This document shows, piece by piece, positions 51,465 through 64,000 of a stretch of 64,000 nucleotides of DNA (positions within the stretch are counted from its first letter, which is position 1; each line of letters starts with the position of its first letter). Where the stretch lies: contig OX597829.1 in the NCBI GenBank assembly GCA_951406725.2, forward strand, positions 23,188,001 through 23,252,000, read 5' to 3'. The position numbers and the translations under genes were made by a program. The DNA comes from Octopus vulgaris (taxonomy: Eukaryota). The notes below the pieces were generated by a model. The model had not been told where the DNA came from, ran no database searches, and saw only the letters and a list, made by a program, of their open reading frames with translations.

Positions 51465-51961
51465 TCTATATATATAAAACTGTAGTTGTGTGAGTGTCTG
51501 TCCCCTTCGATTTAGATTCCTGACTCCTCCCACAGTTTAACCAAATTCGGGTATCTTATAGTCGTGATTCATATCGAGCCCGTCTGGCTATTAGCGCGCG
51601 TCTACGATGAGTCTACGATTTTAAAAATAATTTAACATCATTTTTTATTCCATTTTAATGCATAATTTTTCGTGTGTCGATGGCGGCGGGGTTGGCGTCC
51701 ACGCTCACACCTGCACCTGTTTGCTTCTCCCCCTTCCCTCCCTCGTGAAGCTGTGGGGAAGGGAGTGTAAGGAAATCAACGTCGTAATGCGTTGTCAAGG
51801 AGACCAGCGTTCTTTTAGAACAACGACTTCATGGCTTGAAGACACCAAAACAGAAATGGCTAAGAAAGCCCGAATTGGCGTCTATAAGGGAAGTAACTCT
51901 CTAAAAATGCTTATATAGTTATTTCCCTTACAAACCCGAGCAACGCCGGGCGATACTGCTA

Positions 51962-51962
<1 letters not shown>
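51465..51962 (+). mobile_element. Complete non-autonomous Helitron
   Basis: A|TCTATATATATAAAAC ... CTAG|T; near-identical to 413-927. Confidence 0.85.
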
Positions 51963-52019
<57 letters not shown>

Positions 52020-52238
52020 TTATTTATTTATTTATATTTATATATATATAAATATATGTATGTATATTTGGTAGCAAGATGTTAAGGACAAAAGTTTAAC
52101 AAGTTCCTTAAAATATTTTAAGGAACTTGTTAAAACTTTTTTTATGTCCTTAACATGTCCTTGTTACCAAAGACTGTATATATATGTAATGTAGCATTTT
52201 GTAACAACCAATAATTAACGCAACCAAACTTCTACATG

Positions 52239-52284
52239 TTACTTTTGACAATCTTTTTTCCAAAGAGTGAAACCGGTAAAGTAA
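52239..52284 (+). ncRNA. Minimal type I hammerhead-like motif, U3-A8 core variant
   Basis: TTACTT-TTGACAA-tCTTTTT tcc AAAGAGt-GAAA-CCGG-TA-AAGTAA. Confidence 0.55.
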
Positions 52285-52366
52285 ATAAACATCTTTTAAA
52301 ATTGCATTTCCAAACCTTCTTTCGTGTATAATTTCACTCGTGCGGTACCCTACAACTCCACTTTGT

Positions 52367-52441
<75 letters not shown>

Positions 52442-53779
52442 GTATGTATGTATGTAAGAAAGAAAAGAATTGTAAAAGTCACAGAAAGTTTGTATAATAA
52501 AGTTTATGATGATATTAGGATCATATTACATCATTACATCATTACAAATTAAATAAGTACCGGTTTCACGATCAAACTTTTTTGCTGTCAATAGGACGCC
52601 ATCTTTAACATCCGTGAACAGAGATGAAGCAATATTTCAAGGGGAGCAACTCTTATTTTTTCATGAAGCTCTTCGGTGTTTTTGGCAAGCATACAGTGTA
52701 TCACTGTTTAATCTAAGGTGGTTTCGGCATTGAATAGTGAGGCAGCTGTACCGTTTAGTGCACTCCTTTAGTGACGGGCATGAATGGGACTGAACCCAAG
52801 GGTAATTTTAAAAGCAGAATATAACTAGAAACCAATAGCGGCTCGAAGATAAAATAAGTGGGGGTACTGCTTCAGGAAATTTTTAGTCGTTGTTTTAATA
52901 TTGTGTAAAAGGAAACAAACATACAAAAAGAAAATTCATGTATAAACTTAACCGGTTCACGTTTTAGCCACTGCCGAGTAGTATGTTTAATTTGTTCACT
53001 GAACACCGCCGCGAATTCCCCCTTTGTTTTTCAGAAATCCACACAACCCACTAAAATCTGCCCTATTTTTCAAATCCTGGCAGTAACACTGTAGTTGGAA
53101 GCAGGATAATAATCTAATTCTACACTTTATCACATTCAAGAATATAAGCATGTTTTTAGGCACAGCACAGCGGAGTCAAAAGAAAAACACTAACTTACAC
53201 CAGGATCGGCACTACGTGAACCACAGTGTTCTCTCTCCCTAGCGTGCAGCTTCCTACGTCGGACATGTGGGCATGCGCACAACAACCAAACTCCGCGTCG
53301 CTGGAACTGTGAAGCGCACCGTTCTGTACAAGGATTTTTGCATGTTTTTTCATAAACTGGGGGATGGCTACTGACATTAAGCTTAAGGATTATATAATGT
53401 ACAAGTATAAAGAAAGTATTAAAGAAAAAAGGACTCATTGTATTGAATGTTATCGATAATATCGAGTGGAAACAGGGGGTGCTGCAGTTCTGCAGTGCCT
53501 ATACACGAGTCGCCACTGCTGGAAACACTGAAAAATTTTGTCTGTCGCTCTAACGAGTTTACCCGTCCATGCCGTCTTTAACCTTTAAACAGTAAATATC
53601 ATCGATGGATGTCTCAAATATTATATTTGAATACAGCCATCATCGAAGGAAAATAAATATTTAATGACGTTCTTCAAGAAATTGTAAATTTTATTGAATG
53701 AGATATTATCATAGCTTTTGTACTTATTTAAAGTGAAAATAAGCATAAAAAATTACCCTTAAATAGAAGATTTTTATTC

Positions 53780-53821
<42 letters not shown>

Positions 53822-53934
53822 AAAAATAATAATATTATCTGTTTGACTTTTGCTTTACATTTGTATAAGTTGGCTCCAAGTCTCACCCAGAGACCTCAAG
53901 AGACAACAAGTTGGAAGTTCATGTTGGTGTTATG

Positions 53935-54056
53935 CCAGGGGTTCAGGGTTCAGTCCCATCGCATGGCATCTTGGGCAAGTATATTCTGCTATAACCTCGG
54001 GCCGACCAAAGCCTTATGAGTGGATTTGGTAGACGAAAACTGATAGAAGCCTGTCG

Positions 54057-54089
<33 letters not shown>

Positions 54090-54290
54090 TTGTCTGCCAT
54101 CACTGCTTGACAACTGGTGTTGGAGTGTTTACATCCCCGTTATTCAACGGTTCGACAAAAGGCCCTGATGGAATAAGTACTAAGCTTTAAAAACAAAAAC
54201 AAAATCCTGGGGTCGGTTTGTTCGACTAAAATTCTTCAATGCGGTGCTCCAGCATGGCTGCAGTCAAATGACTGAAACAACTAAAAGACA
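53935..54290 (+). mobile_element. SINE family A, diverged
   Basis: GGTTCAGTCCC..GGCATCTTGGGCAAG..(TG)n. Confidence 0.8.
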
Positions 54291-54291
54291 A

Positions 54292-54322
<31 letters not shown>

Positions 54323-54750
54323 AAGATACATGTGTAGATGCATGTAGATAAATACATGTTTAGATGTCACATGTAGAGAGATACATGTATGAAAGCATAT
54401 GCAGATAGATACGTGTGTGGATGCACGTGCGAGTGCATGGTCAACACAAACCGACCGATGCCTTAAAATAGTTTATAACGTTATAAAGAAATTTAAAAAG
54501 AAATATAAATAAAAAAAGAAATATAAATTTGCATTTTCTCATAGACCAAATTACGTTTCAGTCATTAGACTGTGGCCATACGGGGGCACCACCTTTAAAG
54601 AATTTTTCAGTCGAGTGAATTGATCCCAATATTTTCTCTTTGTTACTCTATCGGCCACTTTTGCCGAACTTCTAAGTTACGGGGACATTAACCGAACAAC
54701 ACAGGTTGGTAAACGCAGACACGAACACACACACACACACACACGAACAC

Positions 54751-54801
<51 letters not shown>

Positions 54802-54869
54802 CACACACACACAAGTATATACATACATGTATACACACACACACACACACACATATAGCCACTACACAT

Positions 54870-55030
54870 TCTTTATTTACTCTCCTTGTTTCTTTCTTTG
54901 TTCCTTTCTGTAGAAGATCGTAGGCTGGAAACGTTAAAGACTTTTTCACTTCCCAAGCGTTATACTAATACATCTGTTTGTTGTCTACACCACCTGTCTT
55001 CGACTTTTGTTTTTCTGCGAATTCACTTCC

Positions 55031-55032
<2 letters not shown>
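54870..55032 (+). mobile_element. Diverged relative of 2036-2251 with decayed hammerhead-like motif
   Basis: CTTT-CTGTAGA-AGATCGTAGGCTG-GAAACGTT-AAAG and shared ATACTAATACA..CACCTG.CTTCG.CTTTTG. Confidence 0.55.
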
Positions 55033-55114
<82 letters not shown>

Positions 55115-55116
<2 letters not shown>

Positions 55117-55853
55117 GAGCAAAACGCCCCATCCCCCGTCAAATGGACGGTGCTGAGTTGTCAAACATTTAAACCAAATTTTCTCAAAACAACTCGTCCG
55201 ACCGTCCCATAGGTCTCCCCTTTGAGGAACACCGATTTAACCTAAATTTGAGACACCAGCAAAAGAAGAAATAAAGATAGACTTTTTTTCTATTCCAAAG
55301 AAAAACGATTTTATTCACACAAATATGCAACCGAAGAGTTTAAAGTACCAGTAATGTTAAGGCTGTTGACTGGGAGAACACAAACATGGTTTAAACAGTA
55401 AGCTTGGCAGGAAAGAAATGTGCCTTTAAGCAGTACAAAAACAACAAAAAATGGAAGGTGCAGTTATGTACAGGTTGACGGAAGAAAAGCAGGACAAAAA
55501 CGATGCATGCAAATGGGTTAGCTGGAGGTAAATCTATGGTCTCTTAAATATACTGCATTTTGTGGCATTATTTCAAGCCAGCCGGCTTTTTTTGCGCAAA
55601 TTGCACGTGCATTTTTCTCGCGTACACGTAGTATCGATCGCAACAACTGATGTACTTGCGCGTACAAATGCACGTTCCCACGGTTTTATCGATCGCATTC
55701 TCACTTGGAATCGATTTTTGTAATTTTTTCAAGACTTATACACGCCCTGATACCATCGGTATCTACATATCAAATTTGAGCACAATCGGATGGAGGATGA
55801 CCCAGATCCTAGAAGACACACACACACAGACAGAACGGATTTTATATAATAGA
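55115..55853 (-). mobile_element. Non-autonomous Helitron-like element, different family
   Basis: Minus strand 5' TCTATTATATAAAA; CCGTC..GACGG hairpin near the other end; terminal CTAG mutated. Confidence 0.55.
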
Positions 55854-56402
55854 TATATATACAACGAGCTTCTTTCAGTTTCCGTCAACCAAATCCACTA
55901 ACAAGGCTTTGGTCGGTTCGCGGCTATAGAAGAAAACACTTGTCCATGGTGCCACGCAGTGGGACTGAACCCGATGATTTATATATATATATCAATTAGA
56001 GTGTTATAAAATATAAAAACTAAAATTCAAATCAATCTCGGTAACTGTTCTAGTTTGAGGAATGTTCTGGAAGAAATGTGACTTGTGTATCTGTTATTTC
56101 ACGTTCAGCTCCCATGTTTTCTTCTCATTTTGGATAAAATGAAGTTTGCTGTGTTGATAGGTTGATGGGTCACCATTATTTAGGGCTTTAGGGTGGAGGT
56201 TGGCACACAAGCCCGCTCCGAGTACACATCTGTAGATATTGTAATACCCACAAACAAGTCTTGTTGCCGACTCCACTCATGTGTTGTGTTCTCAATGACG
56301 AAATACATTCTTACCGTGGCCATTTCAAGTATTTCAAGTTTATCTAAAACTACATTGCTTAATGAGTTATTTCTTTTTCCAGAGATTAATGATTACGAAT
56401 AA

Positions 56403-56816
56403 GGCGGTGAGCTGGCAGAATCGTTAGAACGCCGGGCGAAATGCTTAGCGGTATTTTGTCTGCCGCTACGTTCTGAGTTCAAATTCCGCCGAGGTCGACT
56501 TTGCCTTTCATCCTTTCAGGGTCGATTAAATAAGTACCAGTTACGAACTGGGGTCGATGTAATCGACTTAATATCTATGTCTGTCCTTGTTTGTACCCTC
56601 TGTGTTTAGCCCCTTGTGGGTAATAAAGAAATAGGTATTTTGTCTGCCGCTACGTTCTAAGTTCAAATTCCGCCGAGGTCGACTTTGCCATTCATCCTTT
56701 CAGGGTCGATTAAATAAGTACCAGTTACGCACTGGGGTCGATATAATCGACTTAATCCGTTTGACTGTCCTTGTTTGTCCTCTCTGTGTTTAGCCCCTTG
56801 TGGGTAGTAAAGAAAT
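56403..56816 (+). mobile_element. SINE family C, nested dimer
   Basis: Full head, two cores, junction AAAGAAATA|GGTATTT. Confidence 0.88.
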
Positions 56817-57355
56817 AATTATTGATTACGATTTGAGTGAGATTTCGTTGCTATTCCTAACACTTTAAGCGACTATACAGATGTAAGGTTTCCAGATGTG
56901 TGGTCTTTAACTCGTTCTCACGTGATGGAAATCAAGTTCACCTTCCCTTCTCAGCACTATTTTCTTCTCGTCCAAGAATTACATCTAAAGGTTTCGTTCG
57001 ATACCAGCAGAAAACTTGCGGAAGCATTCAAAAGCCAACCGACGAATTTTATGGTTAATTAGGAATTATATTTATTTTTTTTTACTCATTCTCGTTCAAT
57101 GTATTAATATTCTACAGTACAAATTCGCTTTAAAGAATATTTTCCCAGTAACTTTTGCATGATTCTGAAGAGCGTTATCTTTCTTATCAGTTTATTCAGT
57201 GGAAACCGTCTAACTGCCTCGAGATTTCAAGGTTAAAATTCTTACGACTTGATTAGAAGAATCTGACTTATTCAAACTCTGCTCAATAAATAATTCAACA
57301 CCCTTGAGAAAAAAATAAAGAAGCAGAATTTAAAAGTACATACACACAAACTTGC

Positions 57356-57396
<41 letters not shown>

Positions 57397-57466
57397 TGTA
57401 CGTACGTACGTACATACATACATGGATACATACATACATACATACATACATACATACATACATACA

Positions 57467-57497
<31 letters not shown>

Positions 57498-57799
57498 GTG
57501 TATATGCATACAATACATATTAATACATAATTTTTAAAATACACGCTTACACACGCAATATATGTGCGTTTATGTGTTTATTTATAACGAGAGATATATT
57601 ATATTATACTATATTGTTCATGTGTGTATGTGCACTCACACACATACACACATGCACACGCATACTAACACACATATATATGTGTGTATGTGTGTGTGTG
57701 TGTGTTTAAAAATGAATGGAAATGGCTTTTCTGATAATTTTCCCACTTAAATTATTATTTATAAGTTGTATATGTGTGTGTATGTGTGTGTGTGTGTGT

Positions 57800-58086
57800 G
57801 GAGGCGGACTGGCCCAGTGGTTAGGGCAACGGACTCGCGGTCTCGATTCCCAGACCAGGTGTTGTGAGTGTTTATTGAGCGAAAACACCTAAAGCTCCAC
57901 GGGGCTCCGGCAGGGGATGGTGGCGATCCCTGCTGTACGCTTTCGCCGCAACTTCCTCTCACTCTTTCTTTGTTGGCCTGCTCGCTTAGCCAGCGGGGTG
58001 GCGTCATTTGGATGCTAAAACAATGGCAAGCGCATTGTGACCAGCGATGTGTAGCAACATCTGATAGCCTGGTCGGTCATGTGATA
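57800..58086 (+). mobile_element. SINE family B head with tail type 3
   Basis: Same head as 12559 and 34785; tail ..TGTGACCAGC..CTGGTCGGTCATGTGATA. Confidence 0.85.
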
Positions 58087-58089
58087 TAC

Positions 58090-58130
<41 letters not shown>

Positions 58131-58164
58131 TATGTGTGTGTGTATATATATATAAACTTATAAA

Positions 58165-58624
58165 TATCTAACTTACGACCTATCCGACTTACGACCGATC
58201 GACTCCTGGCAGCAATAATAAATAGTCTAGTTGAAGTCTAATGGATTTCATTTCTTGGAAATTAACCCATCTACTGATGATGTCAACTAACAAACGCTCC
58301 CACTAGGTTTGGTTATCGATCACCACTGTGTTGGATGACTAATCTTGTGGAAACATCAAGGCAACCTTGTATTTGTTTATAAGACGATTGCTTAAGACTC
58401 CGAAATTTTTGACTAACGCCAGTGTAATAGTACAATACAGAATACTGTGTGTGACTTTTACCTGAGAATGTACCTTAAGAATGTAAAAATATAAAACAAA
58501 GCTATGTAGACCTATAGCTCGACTTACGACCAAATCGACTTACGACCAAACCGACTTACGACCAAACCTACTTACGACAAGTCAGTCGGAACCAATTGTG
58601 GTCGTAAGTCGACGACGACCTGTA
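58165..58624. mobile_element. Tigger/pogo-like MITE
   Basis: Repeated GACTTACGACC; right end GGTCGTAAGTCGA..ACCTG-TA. Confidence 0.55.
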
Positions 58625-58790
58625 AATGCCTCGAGAAAAGGCTTCGTATATACGTATGGTACCAAAAAAATAGAAGACACAAAAGTATAGTAGTCGAACA
58701 TTTTCTAGCGGCAGCGGTGGAATTGCTAAATCTAGATCTCTACTTTTTTTAGCATCATCAGTAATAAGGATCTACAAGCAACCGCATGTG

Positions 58791-59042
58791 TAGACAAATT
58801 TGACCACTACTGATATAGAAAAACTGATTAACAAATAATTTGTGTCACAGGCTGGGTAAAAATTCGCAGGTTTGTGGTTTTCTAAAGTATATGCATATTA
58901 AGTAAGATAGACAGAATGCTATTTTGAGCCAATACTGCTGCTGTCGCTAACAATGAAATTTTAACCAGCTCACCGGCTATTTGCGACACCAATGATTTGT
59001 TAATCAGTGTTTTTCTATATCAGTAGAAGCTAAATTTGTCTA
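58791..59042. mobile_element. Small MITE-like inverted repeat
   Basis: TAGACAAATTT..CTACTGATATAGAAAAA / TTTTTCTATATCAGTAG..AAATTTGTCTA. Confidence 0.65.
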
Positions 59043-59233
59043 AGCATACGATTGCATGTGAATCCTTACTACTGATGATATTAAAAATAATATGCTATTA
59101 TTTATAACTACATCTGTACTTCGAGATCCACTTTTCTCCCCCACCCTCACCCCCCAAAAAAACATTATTTCATGTTCTCTCAATAGTCTATAAAATTCTA
59201 ATGGTGTCGACAATACATAAATACACACATACA

Positions 59234-60099
59234 CGTAGGCTGATCAGTAAGTATCCGGACTGTTGCCATAGTAACGAAGCTAAAACACGCAGGGTATAGC
59301 CGCTTGACACAGGTTGACCTTGAACTCTGCTGTGCATGTACAGTAAGTTTTAACGTTCTGGCTTACTTCCGCTGTTTATAGTAGTGCTTGGAAGTAACGT
59401 GTGTGCCGTGTGTTCGCCGCATTGACCATGACCGAGAAAGCTGAGCAGAGAATCTGCATCAAATTTTGCCATAAGCTTGGCAATTCCTGCTCAGAGGCCT
59501 ACGCAAAGTTTTCAAAAAGTTTTCATCGTTCTTGACACAATGAAGGAGATCTTGTGCACCTGAAGCCCGAGTGTCTTTTTCGTCAGCTGAAAGCAGTTCT
59601 GGCACAAACTTAGCAGACACGCGTCTCATACCCAAATCTTCATTGATAATGGACTGAACTGAACTGAACCGTAACTATCCTGCACATCCTCTGATAACTC
59701 AAGGATGGTGATTCGACGATTTCCCCTTGCATCTGCACGTACATCTGCGATATTTTTCTCAGTTCTGCTGGCTGCAGATTTCCCAGAACATTTTTTCAGC
59801 CATCTTGGAAACACCTGGACCACTTGTACACTCCTTTCCATACGCTTTCTGCAACTTTGCGCAGATCTCTGAGCAGGTATCGGTCATGACAACTTTCCCT
59901 GTCATGATCAATGCGACGATCACACGTTATACACGTTACTTCGAAGCACTGCTATAAACAGCGGAAGTGAGCTAGAACGCTAAAACTTAGTGCGCATGCA
60001 CAACAGAGATCTAGGTCAATCAGTACCAAGCGGCTTTACTCTGCGTTCTTTAGCTTCGTTACTATGGCAATAGTCCGATTTCTTATTGATCAGACCTCG
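59234..60099. mobile_element. Mariner derivative built from two inverted 5' ends
   Basis: ~200+ bp inverted arms; MTEKAEQRICIKFCHKLG on +, mariner N-terminal remnants (NRRITILELS, RVSAKFVP) on -. Confidence 0.8.
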
Positions 60100-60109
60100 T
60101 ATAGTAGCT

Positions 60110-60262
60110 CATTAGAGGTAGTAGATAATTTCTGCTTCCTAGGGGACCAAATTGATGCTGGGGGAGGATGTACAGAGTGTGTGTGATAGCTAGAATAAGA
60201 ATAGGATGGAGAAAATTCAGAGAGCTGTTGCCTCTGTTGCCCACGAAAGGTTTCTGTCTCCG
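60110..60262 (+). pseudogene. Short RTE-like RT fragment
   Basis: LEVVDNFCFLGDQI...GG..(shift)ARIRIGWRKFRELLPLL. Confidence 0.65.
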
Positions 60263-60558
60263 TGGTAGGTAGGTAGGTAGGTAGGTAGATAGATCGGTAG
60301 ATAAAGAGATATAGAGATAGATTCATTGACAGAAACATACAGACATACAGATCAGTTAACTTTACGACAGTGTTGATGATAATGATGATGATGATGATAT
60401 CAGCCTTAACTAAACAGACCTACTGCCAAAGGCATTCCATCCGTGTCTGTCTCGTCTTTTATATATATGTGTGTGTGTGTTTGTGTGTGCGTGTGTGTGT
60501 GTATGTATGTATGTATGTATGTATGTATGTATGTATGTATGTATGTATGTATTATGTA

Positions 60559-60966
60559 GGCGTAGGAGTGGCTGTGTGGTAAGTAGCTTGCTTACCAACC
60601 ACATGGTTCCGGGTTCAGTCCCACTGCGTGGCATCTTGGGATAGTGTCTTCTACTATAGCCTCGGGTCAACCAAAGCCTTGTGAGTGGATTTGGTAGATG
60701 GAAACTGAAAGAAGCCCACCCTATATACATATATATGTATGTGTGTGTATATGTTTGAGTGTCTGTGTTTGTCCCCCCACCATCGCTTGACAACCGATGC
60801 TGATGTGTTTACGTCCCCGTAATTTAGCGGTTCGGCGAAAGAAACCGATAGAATAAGTACTAGGCTTACGAAGGAATAAGTCCTGGGGTCGATTTGCTCG
60901 ACTAAAAGGTGGTGCTCCAGCATGGCCGCAGTCAAATGACTGAAACAAGTAAAAGAGTAAAAGAGT
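60559..60966 (+). mobile_element. SINE family A, full length
   Basis: Matches 21281-21690. Confidence 0.9.
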
Positions 60967-61161
60967 ATATATATATATATGTATATATCAACAATTGAGG
61001 GTAAAATTAATTAATTAATCAATTTCACCAAGTGTTCAGTATGTAAAAGGACCATTTAAGGCGAATTCAAAATATTACATTATATAATTAGGGCTTAGTA
61101 TTTCTGCTATTTCTACTAAGTTCAGTATGTGGCAAAGTAATTTATTTTACTAAGCCCTAAT

Positions 61162-61228
<67 letters not shown>

Positions 61229-61396
61229 TACATATACATATATACCGGAGTAAACACATAAATATGAAACAAGGTGGGAAAAAGAGTACTCAAATACCAG
61301 AAGTAGAGTAATATGCTTTATTTAAAAGCAGCAGAAACTCCGAGTAATAGCTTTTGTTAAATTTCTGCTGCTTTTAAATAAAGTATATATATATAT

Positions 61397-61604
61397 GAAG
61401 CTTTATGAAAATAAACAAAAGACGAAGGCAGGTGGAATACAAACAAACAATTGTATTAGTATGGCGCTCAGGAATATAAATAAAACAAGTCTTTTACGTT
61501 TCGAGTCTACGCTCTTCAACAGAAAGATACACAGAAAAGAAACACGGAAAGAAACAAGGAGAGAAAAAAAATGCGTGCAGAAGCTAGCGAATCAACATGG
61601 TGAT
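61397..61604 (-). mobile_element. Copy of the 2036-2251 element (hammerhead-like motif 61490-61527)
   Basis: Near-identical reverse complement. Confidence 0.7.
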
Positions 61605-61605
61605 C

Positions 61606-61680
<75 letters not shown>

Positions 61681-62229
61681 ATGTATGTATGTATGTGTCA
61701 TTATCCAAACAGTTTTTAGGACGGTAAGGTGTGTGATTTGAAAGGGGATTCAGTTGCTATTTCTAAAAGGTCAGGCGACACACGCAAGAGGCTGTATCGT
61801 TTGATAATTTCAACATCCCGGATAGTCTTTATGCTGATTCGTCTCAGTGACAATGCTGCAGTGCTAAAATAGAAAAAAAAAAAAAAAAAAAAAAAAGCAG
61901 GGTGTATCTGCACCCAGTTAGGGGTGAGCAGCTGTTGAATAATGACGTCATTTTATAAATCATCCCCCCGCCCCATCATCCTCCTCCTCCTCCTCCTCCT
62001 CTCGCGAAAAAAAAAAAGGGTCAGGAGACATGTTAAAGAAGGCGTGTAATGGTGGAAGAAGGGTCGTGGCGATGGCGGCGGCGGCGGAGGTGGCGGCGGA
62101 GGTGGCGGCGGAGGTGGCGGCGGTGGAAGGTGCTGACGGTGGTGTCATCTGCAAAGCAGGGTGCATAGCTGAAAAGTGACAGCAGTCTGATCGTTAATGG
62201 AGAGAGAAAGATTAAATGTGGGGAGACTT

Positions 62230-62329
62230 TAACAACAATAACAACGACGAATACGATGATGACGACGACGACGATGATGTTGATGATGATGACGATGATG
62301 ACGATGATGATGACGATGATGATGACGAC

Positions 62330-62361
<32 letters not shown>

Positions 62362-62634
62362 CGATGACGATGATGATGATGACGACGACGACGACGTTGG
62401 TGATGGTAGTCACGACGACAGCGACTATGATGGTAGTGGTGGTGGTGGTGGTGGTGATAGTGATGATGATGGCGTCGACAACAACGGCGATGATGATGAT
62501 GATGATGATGACGACAACGACGATTACGATAATGATGATGACGGCGGCGGCGGTGGCAGTGGTGGAGATGGTAGTGACAATAAAGATGATAATCATGATG
62601 ATGATGATGACGACGACAACGATTTTGACGGTGT

Positions 62635-62673
<39 letters not shown>

Positions 62674-62712
62674 CGTCGATGATGATGATGATGATTACGG
62701 TGATGATGGTGA
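62230..62712. repeat. (GAT/GAC/GGT)n compound trinucleotide repeat
   Basis: Directly visible. Confidence 0.9.
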
Positions 62713-63194
62713 TATCTTTTGCCACAGTAATGTCACATGAAGACAGGTTAACTCGTAGTGTAGCGGTTTACATAAGCTCGAAAATGAAGTGGAAACGGTA
62801 AAAGAAGGAATTAGGTTAAAAGCTATACGTGGCGACGAACACGGCGTCGACGACGCCATGACGTTGTCGCCATGGTTACGATTCCACGGCAACGACGATG
62901 TCACGGCGACGCACGAAGCCACGGCAACGACGAATCCACGGCGTCCACGAATTCACCTTCACGACGGTGCCACGACGTCACGGCGACGACGACGCCATGG
63001 CAGCGACGACGTCACGGCGGCGAAGACATCATTTGTTATAATGATGATGATAATGTCAACGAAAATATGGACAGAGCATAAAAGCACATGGAGCAGTGGA
63101 GGGTGCTGTTGGCGGCAAGACCTACTTATTAAAGTGTTATGTACTTTATTCATGAACACTCGCGACACCTCGAACCGTTGACCATTCTCTAAGT

Positions 63195-63623
63195 AGGCAT
63201 GGCCGTGTGGTCTGAAGTTTGCTTAACAACGACATGGTTCCGGGTTCGATTTTACTGCACGGCATTCTTGGGCAAGCATCTTCTACTACAACCCCGGACC
63301 AACGAAAGCCCTTTGAAGAATTTGGTAAACAGAAACTGAAAGAAGCCCATCGTGTGTGTATGTGTACGTGTGTATGTCTGTGCATGTGAGTGCGTTTGTG
63401 TCTGTATTTGCCCTCCTCACTCCCACGAGTTGATAACCGGTGCTGGTGTGTTTACGTCCTCGTAGTTTAGCGGTTCGGCAAAAAGAAGCCGATTGAATAA
63501 GTATCAGGCTTTTTTTTTGTATAAAAAAAACCGTTAAGTACTAATTGGTTCAACTAAAAATAAAATTCAAGGCGGTGCCCCAGCGTGGCCACAGTCTAAT
63601 GTCCGAAACAAGTAGAAAATAAA
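63195..63623 (+). mobile_element. SINE family A, diverged
   Basis: GGTTCCGGGTTCG..CTTGGGCAAG..GAAACAAGTAG. Confidence 0.75.
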
Positions 63624-63749
63624 ACAGTTCTTTATTTAAGAGATGAGGAATTATGTACAATATTTACATTATGCCCACAAGCATATGGCATAGTGGTTAA
63701 GAGCGCGGGCTACTAATCCCAAGATTCCGAGTTCGATTCCAGGCAGTGA

Positions 63750-63816
<67 letters not shown>

Positions 63817-63963
63817 TGCACTACTAGACACTGCACACATCCTACGCAGAACACTTTCCATACAATAACCACCAGAGCATCACAACAAATCACAGCACAT
63901 ACCCAAGGCACACAGAGCTGCGCTCGGTGGTGAAGTGAAAGCACGCTATAAAAAATAAAACTA

Positions 63964-64000
<37 letters not shown>
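63624..64000 (+). mobile_element. Second copy (5' part) of the tRNA-headed hammerhead element
   Basis: Inverted 3'-end piece 63624-63669, then head TGGCATAGTGGTTAAGAGCGCGGGC..GAGTTCGATTCCAGGCAGTGACCTG, then (AAT)n; runs off the window. Confidence 0.7.
63815..63966 (+). mobile_element. 5'-truncated R4/Dong-like non-LTR element in (TAA)n
   Basis: IALLDTAHILRRTLSIQ* (63815-63868) resembles the LLGTA.ILR C-terminal motif; TAA repeats on both sides. Confidence 0.7.

Noticed and set aside
62216-62740. Asp-rich biomineralisation (aspein-like) protein
   Set aside because: No signal peptide, non-ATG start, several frames open on both strands as expected for a trinucleotide repeat.
63683-63752. Functional tRNA genes (also the SINE heads at 12559, 34785, 42481, 46316)
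   Set aside because: A and B boxes are present but there is no proper acceptor stem, and each runs into a repeat body.

Overview
Eukaryotic, AT-rich, repeat-dominated DNA with no host protein-coding gene I can call confidently. The mix of tRNA-derived SINE families and dense microsatellites resembles an Octopus (coleoid cephalopod) genome; this is inferred from repeat content only. Almost all ORFs in the track are translations of microsatellites. Supported content: about 30 SINE copies from several modular families; 8 non-autonomous Helitrons; remnants of LINEs (CR1/L2-like, RTE-BovB-like, other RTE, R4/Dong-like), of DNA transposons (mariner, maT-like, Sola2-like, Tigger-like, foldback MITEs) and of a Gypsy integrase; a 16-bp minisatellite with higher-order structure; and an ORF1-only (HAL1-like) zinc-knuckle retroelement. 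The most interesting signal is a set of about 9 minimal type I hammerhead-ribozyme-like motifs of the Penelope/retrozyme kind. These include U3-A8 and A6U core variants and a small element that joins a Pol III tRNA-like head to a hammerhead, with an inverted 5' arm and a target-site duplication (TSD). All folds, alignments and family names come from reading by eye and recalled consensus motifs, not from searches.
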